Source: a virus
Virus record (IMG/VR): IMGVR_UViG_3300007511_000007
Span: 1-64,000 of that record
Reading direction: 5' to 3' (one strand)
Length of the DNA: 64,000 bases
The translations under genes were made by a program, and so were the position numbers. The first letter of the stretch is position 1, and each line of letters begins with the position of its first letter. Below are positions 9,560 through 17,650 of the stretch, in pieces. Below the pieces are notes generated by a model, which had not been told where the DNA came from, searched no databases, and worked only from the letters and a program-made list of their open reading frames with translations.

Positions 9560-10381
9560 ATGATCGAGCACAAGGACATAAAGGAAGCCGTGGCCGAAGC
9601 AACTGGCCTGAAGGTATATGGGAACTCCAAGCATGGCGGGGGTAGCTTCGCCTACGGGAACGCCCGGGTTCTATATTCGGGATACAGTTTTCCCGTAAAG
9701 GTCAAGTTCCGGAAGGAAGGGGTCGGGGAGCGCAACGAGTTGAACGAGTTGCAGCAGGCAGACTCGGTGGACGAACTGGTGGGACTTTGTGCCGAAGTGC
9801 TCTCCACGGGACGGACGGTGGAAGTAGGCGCGGGAGTTGGCCTGCGGGAATATCAGGTTTGGCCCCGTTCCAGCCCCTGTGACTACGGAGTCGATTCCTT
9901 GGCCAAGATGGTCAATGGGGAGTCTCTCGAAGATGACGGTTGGGACTTGAATCCCGACTACCAACGGCAAGCCGTCTGGACTGATGGGCAGGCTTCTCGG
10001 TTTATCGGCCATCTGATCTCTGAAGGGCCGGTGCCTGCAATCTTTGTACAACGGTACGAGACCGACAAGAATGCGCCCGAGGGTTCGGAATACTGGAAGC
10101 TTCCCGTGGAAGTGATTGATGGGCAACAACGAATCAGAGCCGTACTCCGGTGGGTCAGGGGCGAGATCAAAGCTGAAATGGAAGATGGGCAATTAGTCAG
10201 CTACGAAGACCTCAATGAAATCGAGCGGCGTGGCCTGCCCAACATGCGGATACACTACGTTGACCTCAGCCGGGAGGAAATCCTCAAGTTTTACATCAGG
10301 CTCAACCGTGGTGGGACGATCCACACTGATGAGGAGATCGAGCGGGTGCGGGAATTGCTGGCAAAGGAGACTCAGGGATGA
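9560..10381 (+). CDS. DUF262 (GmrSD N-terminal / ParB-like) domain protein
   Basis: LNPDYQRQAVWT, PVPAIFV, VIDGQQRIRAV, YIRLNRGG motifs. Confidence 0.8.
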   Translation: MIEHKDIKEAVAEATGLKVYGNSKHGGGSFAYGNARVLYSGYSFPVKVKFRKEGVGERNELNELQQADSVDELVGLCAEVLSTGRTVEVGAGVGLREYQVWPRSSPCDYGVDSLAKMVNGESLEDDGWDLNPDYQRQAVWTDGQASRFIGHLISEGPVPAIFVQRYETDKNAPEGSEYWKLPVEVIDGQQRIRAVLRWVRGEIKAEMEDGQLVSYEDLNEIERRGLPNMRIHYVDLSREEILKFYIRLNRGGTIHTDEEIERVRELLAKETQG

Positions 10382-10635
10382 ACGTTCGCAAACCAAAGCT
10401 CGTGCCTCTTGACCTGAGAAAAGGTGAGGGGCACGAGCACCCTGACATCAAGACGGATGGTACACAGTACCTCTGCGAGATCGGAAAGGGTTGGTATGCG
10501 GGGGGCTTCAATCGCCAGTGGTACGGCTTGAACTTTGACGGGTGGGCGTGGAACTCCCTTCAGTACGACAAACCGGGGACTAACGCCTCGAATTGGAAAC
10601 AAGTTTTTGAGATGGTCTTCAGGGAGAAGAAGTGA
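10378..10635 (+). CDS. Hypothetical protein
   Basis: ATGA overlap, SD AAGGAG. Confidence 0.6.
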   Translation: MNVRKPKLVPLDLRKGEGHEHPDIKTDGTQYLCEIGKGWYAGGFNRQWYGLNFDGWAWNSLQYDKPGTNASNWKQVFEMVFREKK

Positions 10636-10925
10636 TGTCAGACAAACCAAAATGCCCGTGGTGCAAAGGAACCCTTCATGGTGGGGAATACGAAAACCCC
10701 TGTTGCGAGGTTGCGGAGAAGGAATGGCAGATCACCCGCCTCAGTACAACGTTGGCGATCCACCGGGGTTGCCCCAAGTGCGAGATGCACCCCAACAGGG
10801 ACATTGAACCGGGGTCTCCTGACTACATCGAGGATGATGTTTTCGGCTGCAAGGGTTGCGACCCTTGGGATAAAGACAGGAAGAAAGCAATCGGAGTTTG
10901 CTGGCCCAAATGGGCAATGAGGTAA
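10635..10925 (+). CDS. Cys-rich hypothetical protein
   Basis: Several CxxC pairs; TGATG overlap with the previous gene. Confidence 0.55.
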   Translation: MSDKPKCPWCKGTLHGGEYENPCCEVAEKEWQITRLSTTLAIHRGCPKCEMHPNRDIEPGSPDYIEDDVFGCKGCDPWDKDRKKAIGVCWPKWAMR

Positions 10926-10928
10926 CCA

Positions 10929-11519
10929 TTGAAACGACACTACAGAGAAGACACCATTAGCCTCAACCCATTCCTTGACCGGCAACGTGACCCCGAGAGT
11001 CCCTTCACGCACTGGGAAATGTCGGACGAGGAACTGTTGGCCATGATCCTTGAAAACTGGCGGGATCGTCGCCAAGGCTATCGGAGTGGTGTTGTGTTGG
11101 TCCCAGTTCCCCCAGAGGGGTTTTTCTCTGCGACTCGGGTATTAAACAAGGGAGACAGGTTGGTCGGGGAATACAAAACCAGACGCAAGGGAGAAGTACC
11201 TCGAAAAACTCTCTATGTCCAGAGCGATGAGGGTAAGACCACTCCCGTCTCCGTGGATGTTGTCCTCTACCGGAAAGAAGTTCTGGCCGAGGGTGGCGAG
11301 AAGTGCCCTACCGACTGGTCAGTCATTACCATCCTTGGGAAACTCTGCGGTTCAGAAAAGGAAGAACCTATGGACCCCAACACCCTGATGGCAAACCACT
11401 TTCAGGATTCGGGTGGAACCGCTACGGGGATGTCCCCCCAAGAGTTCGAGGAAGCTCTGCGCAAATCCTACTTCTACTGGCGAAACAAAGCATCTGTGTA
11501 CCGCGAGGAAGAAAAATGA
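10929..11519 (+). CDS. DUF3228-like protein
   Basis: YKTRRKGEVP, DVVLYRKEVL, W..ITI, EPMDPNTLMANH...GG, S..YWRNKA resemble the DUF3228 family as recalled. Confidence 0.6.
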   Translation: MKRHYREDTISLNPFLDRQRDPESPFTHWEMSDEELLAMILENWRDRRQGYRSGVVLVPVPPEGFFSATRVLNKGDRLVGEYKTRRKGEVPRKTLYVQSDEGKTTPVSVDVVLYRKEVLAEGGEKCPTDWSVITILGKLCGSEKEEPMDPNTLMANHFQDSGGTATGMSPQEFEEALRKSYFYWRNKASVYREEEK

Positions 11520-11701
11520 GGCGTCTCTTTGTTTCATATTATGTCGTGACCCCAGCCGGTTCCACATTTGGGAACGTCGAAATCGAACGGGAACACGTCA
11601 GAGGCGAGGAAGATGTTGCTCTCCTAGAGAAGGAAATCGCTGCGACTTACGGAGGGCAAGCTTCCGTTTCTGTTCTTTACTGGAAGGAGTTCGACAAATG
11701 A
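11516..11701 (+). CDS. Hypothetical protein
   Basis: ATGA overlaps at both ends. Confidence 0.6.
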   Translation: MRRLFVSYYVVTPAGSTFGNVEIEREHVRGEEDVALLEKEIAATYGGQASVSVLYWKEFDK

Positions 11702-12000
11702 GAGATCTTCCCATACAGTTTTACGCAGGTTCTCGACCTGTTTGTTTCCGGCACGCAGTCGAGTCGCTGAATACCGGAGTGGAAATCTCGGCCAAGGCAA
11801 TTGCCAACGAGGACGAATGGGAGGGGCACATCCCACAGTGTTATCTTTGTCGGGAAGTCTATGAAGAAGCTCAAGCCAGAGTTTGTTCCCGATGTGGGGG
11901 CGATGGGATGGTTGACACACCGGGGTTCATGTATGAGTTTGGTGAGATGTCCCCACGAATGGAATGCCCCGACTGTGGGGGATCTGGGGAAAAAGGTTGA
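11698..12000 (+). CDS. Hypothetical protein with DnaJ-type CxxCxGxG zinc-ribbon repeats
   Basis: CSRCGGDG ... CPDCGGSG; SD AAGGAG. Confidence 0.6.
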   Translation: MRDLPIQFYAGSRPVCFRHAVESLNTGVEISAKAIANEDEWEGHIPQCYLCREVYEEAQARVCSRCGGDGMVDTPGFMYEFGEMSPRMECPDCGGSGEKG

Positions 12001-12006
12001 TAACAC

Positions 12007-12079
12007 GCCCCCGTAGGCTAATGGCTGGCCGGGAACTTCTAATCTTCCGTCGATGCGGGTTCAATTCCTGCCGGGGGCG
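12007..12079 (+). tRNA. tRNA, anticodon ambiguous: Sup(CUA) or Arg(UCU); no encoded CCA
   Basis: Acceptor GCCCCCG/CGGGGGC, D stem GGCT/GGCC, T arm GCGGG-TTCAATT-CCTGC, discriminator G. Anticodon arm is GGAAC-TTCTAAT-CTTCC. Followed by CAA rather than CCA. Confidence 0.8.
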
Positions 12080-12090
12080 CAAAAAGATGT

Positions 12091-12118
12091 TTGACTTGGA
12101 AACGAAAGCTACTATCTT
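12091..12118 (+). promoter_or_regulatory. Sigma70-like promoter (TTGACT-N16-TATCTT)
   Basis: Between the tRNA and the AGGAGG SD of the leader ORF. Confidence 0.55.
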
Positions 12119-12136
12119 GGAAGTAGGAGGCACACC

Positions 12137-12163
12137 ATGAAGTACACTGCCAGTTTCGTCTAG
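12137..12163 (+). CDS. Leader micro-ORF MKYTASFV ending in TAG (in-frame readthrough would extend it to 12268)
   Basis: Perfect SD AGGAGG 6 nt upstream. The readthrough frame encodes GHQSRCRGPP... and ends at a TGA overlapping ATG 12265. Confidence 0.5.
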   Translation: MKYTASFV

Positions 12164-12264
12164 GGCCACCAATCCCGCTGTCGCGGCCCTCCGTTGCCAC
12201 GGTTGCAACTCACCCAACTATTGCAACTGATGCAACAAGAAAGACCATTGGAGGGTCACACATC

Positions 12265-12801
12265 ATGAAAGATACACTCAAGAGACTCAAAGAAACTATC
12301 AAGACCGATATGGCCGAAGGCCGTGAGAAACGTATCGAAGTCAACCATCTCAAAGCAGAAGGGAAAGGCCCTGACGCTCATACGATTAATGAAAACTGGT
12401 CGTGGGATCGGGATCGACGCAGAATCAACCATCTTGCGTACTGCTACGCCAAGGGACGCACTTACAATCAGTGTGAACCTACAGTACGGAAACTCCCCGC
12501 ATGGAGTCTGAGACACCGCACATCGAGCACCATTGCAGGCATGGCCAAACTGATCCACGCCGACAAGGAACTCATGGAAGAAGAGAAGACCCGCATCCGT
12601 AGCTGGATCGATCTCAAGAACGTCACCAGGTGGAATCTCCTCGGGGAAACTCCGGAAGTGGCTCGTAAGGAGATGCTCCACGCCTGCGTAGCACACCATG
12701 AGAATGAGGCGGCTGCAGCCAAAGCTGAACTTGAACGTTCTCAGAAAAGTGCGGCTAAACTCAGGGAGAAGCTGGAACGGGATTACGCGCTTACGTCTTA
12801 G
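12265..12801 (+). CDS. Hypothetical phage protein
   Basis: SD GGAGGG; R..NHLAYCYAKGRTYNQCE motif; C-terminal coiled coil. Confidence 0.7.
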   Translation: MKDTLKRLKETIKTDMAEGREKRIEVNHLKAEGKGPDAHTINENWSWDRDRRRINHLAYCYAKGRTYNQCEPTVRKLPAWSLRHRTSSTIAGMAKLIHADKELMEEEKTRIRSWIDLKNVTRWNLLGETPEVARKEMLHACVAHHENEAAAAKAELERSQKSAAKLREKLERDYALTS

Positions 12802-13891
12802 GCGGGTTGCCTCGGTTCACATTGAGCAACTTCTGGGCTGTCTCTGGAAGATTAACGAAGTCCATGAAGCTCCCATTGATGGATCTCGAACTACTCTGGG
12901 CGGGGGCTTTGATCCCGCCCATCCCGAATTTCGTAGCTCTCAGGGCAGACTCCCGCGCCGCCTTGACCATCAGAGGCTCGTAAAGAACCCTTTGAAGGAG
13001 AGCTTTAGTACGAGGGGCGTTCCATAGTTTGATCTTCACACTGATGGACTGAAACAATCTGTCCAACAGATCTTGCAACGACTCGTAGTTTCCCACCTGG
13101 CTGCGGAGCAGCTTTATGGCCCGGGGAGGCAATCCCTCAAAGGGCTTTTGCAACCGGGACGCCAACCCGGTCACGATCCACTGACGAACCAGTTGTTCTT
13201 TCACCGCCATAAGCTCAAGGACATTTCTCCTGGCATCTGAATGCGTCCGAGCCGCCCAGTTGAACGGATTGTACATGCTGATCCCTGAAAGAGGGGCGTC
13301 CAATTCGTTCTCGACAGGACCTGGACCCCATATGTCATCGGGAAGCGGCTGATCCAATCCGGTAATCCCGGGCCTCCATGGGAAACTCGGGCGTTGTTCG
13401 AAATCGATTCCCGAGCCAACAAACAGCCGCCCATCATTGCTTTCTATTCTGGCGACCTCTTCTTCGAGAATCGACTCAACCTCCATGTAAGTTTCAGCCG
13501 ACCGAAGAGGATCTGAAAGCCTCTCGAAATCCAACCACTTGCTGTACTTACGTATGAACTTCTCAGCCTTCTTTGTTCTCTCCCACGCTTCTATCGACCA
13601 ACTCTCTTTGGGCAAGTTCCTAATGCCGTAGTTCTTTTTGAGGCGGCGCACCACCTTCTTCTTGACATCCCCTTCGGCCACCGGGATCGCTTTATGTACT
13701 CGCTGGTTTTTGACTACAATCCAGAACTCCTCGGTGTCCACTGAGAAATTCCATCTCCCCCGACCCTCGTAGATGCCGTCTAACAAGTGTCCTTGGCCTC
13801 CCCACTCCTCATCGATTGCGAAAGACACGATATCGCCAACTTTGTACTCCGTGTGCTCAAAATACACTGTGAGTTCTCGGCTCTCTGTCAT
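12791..13891 (-). CDS. Hypothetical protein
   Basis: 366-aa ORF with SD GGAG and an upstream GAGTA-type element. Confidence 0.65.
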   Translation of the reverse strand: MTESRELTVYFEHTEYKVGDIVSFAIDEEWGGQGHLLDGIYEGRGRWNFSVDTEEFWIVVKNQRVHKAIPVAEGDVKKKVVRRLKKNYGIRNLPKESWSIEAWERTKKAEKFIRKYSKWLDFERLSDPLRSAETYMEVESILEEEVARIESNDGRLFVGSGIDFEQRPSFPWRPGITGLDQPLPDDIWGPGPVENELDAPLSGISMYNPFNWAARTHSDARRNVLELMAVKEQLVRQWIVTGLASRLQKPFEGLPPRAIKLLRSQVGNYESLQDLLDRLFQSISVKIKLWNAPRTKALLQRVLYEPLMVKAARESALRATKFGMGGIKAPAQSSSRSINGSFMDFVNLPETAQKLLNVNRGNPPKT

Positions 13892-13943
13892 GGTTCTCCC
13901 TCCAAAGCCCTCTACTTACTATACTCAAAGTTACCGAAAAAAC

Positions 13944-14591
13944 TCAAAAACTGAATTGTCCGTGTCTGTGTCCCATCTCTTTTTCACAAAGTTCATGGAG
14001 ATCCATGTCTACTTTCGAGTACGTGTGGTCTTCCATCACCCGATTGAGCATTGCGCCCCGGGGATCAGTGGAGATGCAATCAGAACACACCTCGAAGGAA
14101 ACCTCAGGATGGGTCTGCTTTTTCATATGTGGCAAATAAAGGAGTGCCTGCTCTCCATCCCCGCTACCCAAGGTAGCGACCCCCTCTACTTGAAGTAGCG
14201 ACCAGGGCTGATCAGTGAACTCGATATCGACAATAGCCACTTCGATAATTTCGCCACTCCCGAATGAGACATAGTAAGAGTCGTCGGAATCCATGGGACA
14301 TGCGATTCGGTTCAAACGGGAGAAGATCGTCGAGAACTCCTCGAACAGCCGAAGTTGCTTGAGGTTGAGATCGAACCATTCCCCATGCCGTCTGGAGATT
14401 CCAAGGTTCTTGTGCCATTGCTTTTCATGAGCCACGGGATCGGGCGTCCGATGCCAGGCTACTAAGTGTAGCGGCGTGGGTGATCCAAGTTGCAGAGATC
14501 GCATCCGGCGAGGCAAGTTGACCGTTCGCCCGATCTTGAAACGGTAATCTTCGCCCGATTGTGCTAGATAAATGAACCCTGGATCAATCAT
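13944..14591 (-). CDS. GIY-YIG nuclease of the T5orf172/MUG113 type
   Basis: GFIYLAQ..YRFKIGRT.NL.RRMRSLQLGSP ... E..WH ... HGEWFDL. Confidence 0.8.
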   Translation of the reverse strand: MIDPGFIYLAQSGEDYRFKIGRTVNLPRRMRSLQLGSPTPLHLVAWHRTPDPVAHEKQWHKNLGISRRHGEWFDLNLKQLRLFEEFSTIFSRLNRIACPMDSDDSYYVSFGSGEIIEVAIVDIEFTDQPWSLLQVEGVATLGSGDGEQALLYLPHMKKQTHPEVSFEVCSDCISTDPRGAMLNRVMEDHTYSKVDMDLHELCEKEMGHRHGQFSF

Positions 14592-15132
14592 CAGAAACTT
14601 CCACTTTGTCGCTGTAGAGTTCGAGTTTTTTGAGGGCATTCAAGTTGAAAGCCGAGCTACAAGACCAGCAATCGTGGTCATGCTTCTTGAATACCAACGG
14701 ATACATAGTGGCACTCCCAGACGTGGCGTAGCAATCTTCAGCTTCCAGATCCAATTTCGTGACCGTGGCGATACAAGGGCCAGAAATCAAGTGAACCACA
14801 ATGATCCTGTCCCCGACTTTGATCCCATCGGCAGATGTGATCCTATTCTCATATCTGCGCTTCCAAATCTCCGTCACACGGTCTTGATGCTCAACCGTCC
14901 AATCGTCAGTCTTCGCAGGAATGTCATCAGGGAGCTTCACGATCTCACAACCAATCGTTTGATGAACCGTGAACCCAAGCTTGCGCTTGGAGGGTTCCAC
15001 CTCAATGTCTGTCCGCTCAGTCGGGAACTCCCCAACGTATTCAGGCTCAGTCGGAATCTCAGCAGGATAGACGATCTTCGCTGGCCCCTGAACCCAACCC
15101 TTTCGCCAATCCTTCTTCTTTTCGTCAGTCAT
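14584..15132 (-). CDS. Hypothetical protein
   Basis: SD GAGGTG; overlaps the downstream GIY-YIG start. Confidence 0.6.
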   Translation of the reverse strand: MTDEKKKDWRKGWVQGPAKIVYPAEIPTEPEYVGEFPTERTDIEVEPSKRKLGFTVHQTIGCEIVKLPDDIPAKTDDWTVEHQDRVTEIWKRRYENRITSADGIKVGDRIIVVHLISGPCIATVTKLDLEAEDCYATSGSATMYPLVFKKHDHDCWSCSSAFNLNALKKLELYSDKVEVSDD

Positions 15133-15181
15133 CTCAGTTCACCTCACACCTTATTCTACCCCATCAGGGTACAATAGACTC

Positions 15182-15532
15182 ATGTGGTGGGTTTACGTCA
15201 TTCAGTCAGAACAGACACGTCCCGGTGGAAGACCGGGATTCTTCTACGTGGGGTGTACCACGGAACCCGCACGACGCATACTCGAACATAATGGAATCCG
15301 GAAAGGCGGCGGCAAGTTCACATCCAAGTGGCGTCCATGGGTCGCACGCAGCTTGCACGGCCCCTACAAGGACAGAAGTACCGCAATGAAGGCAGAGTAC
15401 GCCCTCAAGCATGGAAAGCGGGGGAAAGGCCGTATACGATGGTCCACACAAGACTCCCCATGGTGTCGAGGTGAAGGGGTTCACCACCCATGGGTTTCTG
15501 ATCCTACACTCAAGGTCAAGGATTTCCCCTGA
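15182..15532 (+). CDS. GIY-YIG endonuclease (SLX1/UPF0213-like)
   Basis: WWVYVI..FYVGCTTEPARRILEHNG..GGKFT..RPW ... AMKAEYALK. Confidence 0.85.
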   Translation: MWWVYVIQSEQTRPGGRPGFFYVGCTTEPARRILEHNGIRKGGGKFTSKWRPWVARSLHGPYKDRSTAMKAEYALKHGKRGKGRIRWSTQDSPWCRGEGVHHPWVSDPTLKVKDFP

Positions 15533-15541
15533 GAGCCAGAG

Positions 15542-16525
15542 TTAATGCTTCAAGAGGGTCACGCCATCCATGTACCCGGCTTCTGCAGGCATCAAGTCCT
15601 CCCGACCCAGAACCACAAGAGGATTCTTGAAAACTTCCATTTCTTTGATGGGCCTTAACCTCCTCACAACCCGCTTCTCCAGAAAGACCCCCAAAGCCTT
15701 GTGCGCCGCATACCAAAGATCATAGCCCTGCAACTTGTTCTCTTTTTTCACAGGGCGGAGCATTTGATGCAGCAGGAATCCCGCACTATTTTCTTTCCCG
15801 AAATCTTTTCCATAAGCAACTACCCTCAGGAACTCCTTCACTCGTTCAGGATCGTGGCCTTCACAAAGAGCACGGACAGCCGTACCACGAATCAACGCAT
15901 TCAGATTCTTCACTTTCGGGGATGACGCCAACACACTCACAATTTGATCCCGTAGAAGCGTTCCCCATGTCCGCAAGTCCTCCGAAATCGTAATCGTATA
16001 CCTCACCCGAGGACCAAAGATCGCCGCCTTGAGAGTAGACTCAAAGTTCCGATCCTCAAAATGGTATTCTCCTGTCAACACTAATCCATCTGAGTTTGTC
16101 CTCTTCGCACCTTTATCAAGACAAACCTGAACCTCCTGCTCCATATTAAAGAGGACATTGAATTCGACGGTACATCCAGAGGCAACAACTGCCGCCAACC
16201 GATGCTGCCCATCCAGAAGAATGCCATTCTGGGAGAACATTAATGGTTGGCCTACCAACCATGATCCACGTTTCATCTCATAGGAAAATTCCTTGACCTT
16301 ACGGGAACGAGTACGCCTGTTGTGCGTATTTCCCTTCAGTAGAACCCTAGCAACCTTGGGAGAAATTTGTGTTTTGACGCAGAGAACCTGAGTACCCTCG
16401 GCCTGCAACTTCTTCAGCATCCCCATGACCTGAGGGACATCCCGCAGAGAACGTTCTGTGGGAGCCATGCCGTCAAGAACTTCATCCAACCCCAAAGCAA
16501 ATGTGTCTTTCTTCGTTCTCATCAT
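15542..16525 (-). CDS. ParB/Srx-like N-terminal domain protein
   Basis: NTHNRR..V..FSYEM..G.W ... LMF..NGILLDGQHRLAAV ... LD.G.KRT. Confidence 0.75.
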   Translation of the reverse strand: MMRTKKDTFALGLDEVLDGMAPTERSLRDVPQVMGMLKKLQAEGTQVLCVKTQISPKVARVLLKGNTHNRRTRSRKVKEFSYEMKRGSWLVGQPLMFSQNGILLDGQHRLAAVVASGCTVEFNVLFNMEQEVQVCLDKGAKRTNSDGLVLTGEYHFEDRNFESTLKAAIFGPRVRYTITISEDLRTWGTLLRDQIVSVLASSPKVKNLNALIRGTAVRALCEGHDPERVKEFLRVVAYGKDFGKENSAGFLLHQMLRPVKKENKLQGYDLWYAAHKALGVFLEKRVVRRLRPIKEMEVFKNPLVVLGREDLMPAEAGYMDGVTLLKH

Positions 16526-16724
16526 TGCTCCTAAATCGCAAAAGCGACATCCAATTGCCGCACCTTATATACTCCAAAATGGAGGAAAAAACCCAAATTT
16601 CTGAGCTTTTCCGAAAAAACCCTGCAATTCCAAAGGGTTACACACTTAGAAGTAGTCGCCCCCCCCCTCATTTAAACCGCTCGAAGTTGAGTGCCTCTCC
16701 TGAACAAGCCAACAAAAATAGTAT

Positions 16725-16752
16725 GTTACGTTTTCTCCTCCACGAGTAGTAT
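16725..16752 (+). promoter_or_regulatory. Bipartite promoter motif copy 5 (GTTACG-N13-GAGTAGTAT)
   Basis: Upstream of ATG 16805. Confidence 0.75.
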
Positions 16753-16804
16753 AGGTGTAGACCCACCAATAGAGGTGTCTACTTTGACAACTTGGAGGAT
16801 CAAA

Positions 16805-17128
16805 ATGAACGCAGTGATTATTTCAGTGCCACTTAAGAAGAGGGAACTCGTAAAGAGCCGACACTCCCAGAAGCGGATGTCCCAACGAGGCATTCGCAAG
16901 AACGCAATTGAAGCCGTCATGAAGTTCGGACGGATCGTCAGGGGAAAGGGATGTCATCGCTTCTTTCTCGGCCACAAAGAAGTCAAACAGTGGGCAAGCA
17001 AAGGAGTAGACCTCAAAGCCCACCTCAACCTGCATGTCGTAACGGATGTGCATGAGACAACGGTTCTCACCGTCTACAGGGATTCGAGAACCAGATTGCC
17101 CGGATACTCAAGGAATGCTTCTCAGTGA
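16805..17128 (+). CDS. DUF4258-like (BrnT/RelE-fold) protein
   Basis: SRHSQKRMSQRGI....IE.V..FG ... LHVV ... VLTVY; SD GGAGG. Confidence 0.65.
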   Translation: MNAVIISVPLKKRELVKSRHSQKRMSQRGIRKNAIEAVMKFGRIVRGKGCHRFFLGHKEVKQWASKGVDLKAHLNLHVVTDVHETTVLTVYRDSRTRLPGYSRNASQ

Positions 17129-17196
17129 ACCCAACATCGTGGGGGAAACTTGAATCCCCCCACTGACCAGAGACCCGAATCCCAACCTTGTTCATC

Positions 17197-17382
17197 TTAG
17201 ACGACCTCAAATTGGAAACAATTTACAGTGCCCATCACCGTGCTCCCATCTTTGAAGTAGCCGAAGGAAAAATGGGAGACACCCGGTGGGCTGTCTTCTG
17301 TTCTGATCCTGTGCGCCCTCAAAGTCAAAGACATCTTGCCATTTTCAAAACCCGAACGGTCAATCGAAACCTCAATAGTCAT
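17197..17382 (-). CDS. Hypothetical protein
   Basis: SD AGGAGGT before ATG 17382. Confidence 0.5.
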   Translation of the reverse strand: MTIEVSIDRSGFENGKMSLTLRAHRIRTEDSPPGVSHFSFGYFKDGSTVMGTVNCFQFEVV

Positions 17383-17401
17383 TGGACACCTCCTATTCAA
17401 A

Positions 17402-17650
17402 CTATACCACAGACCCCGGCCTCAATGCCAGGAGCAACTTCTGTCCTCGGGGAGAACTCACGGGAACGAATGCGGCCTCAGATTCGCAGTGGGGGCAGAC
17501 CTTGTACTTTGAAGAAAGCCGCCAAACCGAGTAGAGCAACCCCGGTAGAAGAAAGAATAGCCACAGCACCAATTCGATGAAACAACCCCCTCGGGTTACG
17601 GTCTTGCGACGCCCTATGTACCCGCAATTGGGACAGATCGATTCTTTCAT
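17402..17650 (-). CDS. Small membrane protein with a split zinc ribbon
   Basis: CPNCG - hydrophobic hairpin (FIELVLWLFFLLPGLLYSVW) - CPHC. Confidence 0.7.
   Translation of the reverse strand: MKESICPNCGYIGRRKTVTRGGCFIELVLWLFFLLPGLLYSVWRLSSKYKVCPHCESEAAFVPVSSPRGQKLLLALRPGSVV

Noticed and set aside
17139-17163. GC hairpin as an intrinsic terminator
   Set aside because: The stem is present between convergent genes but has no U-tract on either strand, so it is not listed as a terminator feature.
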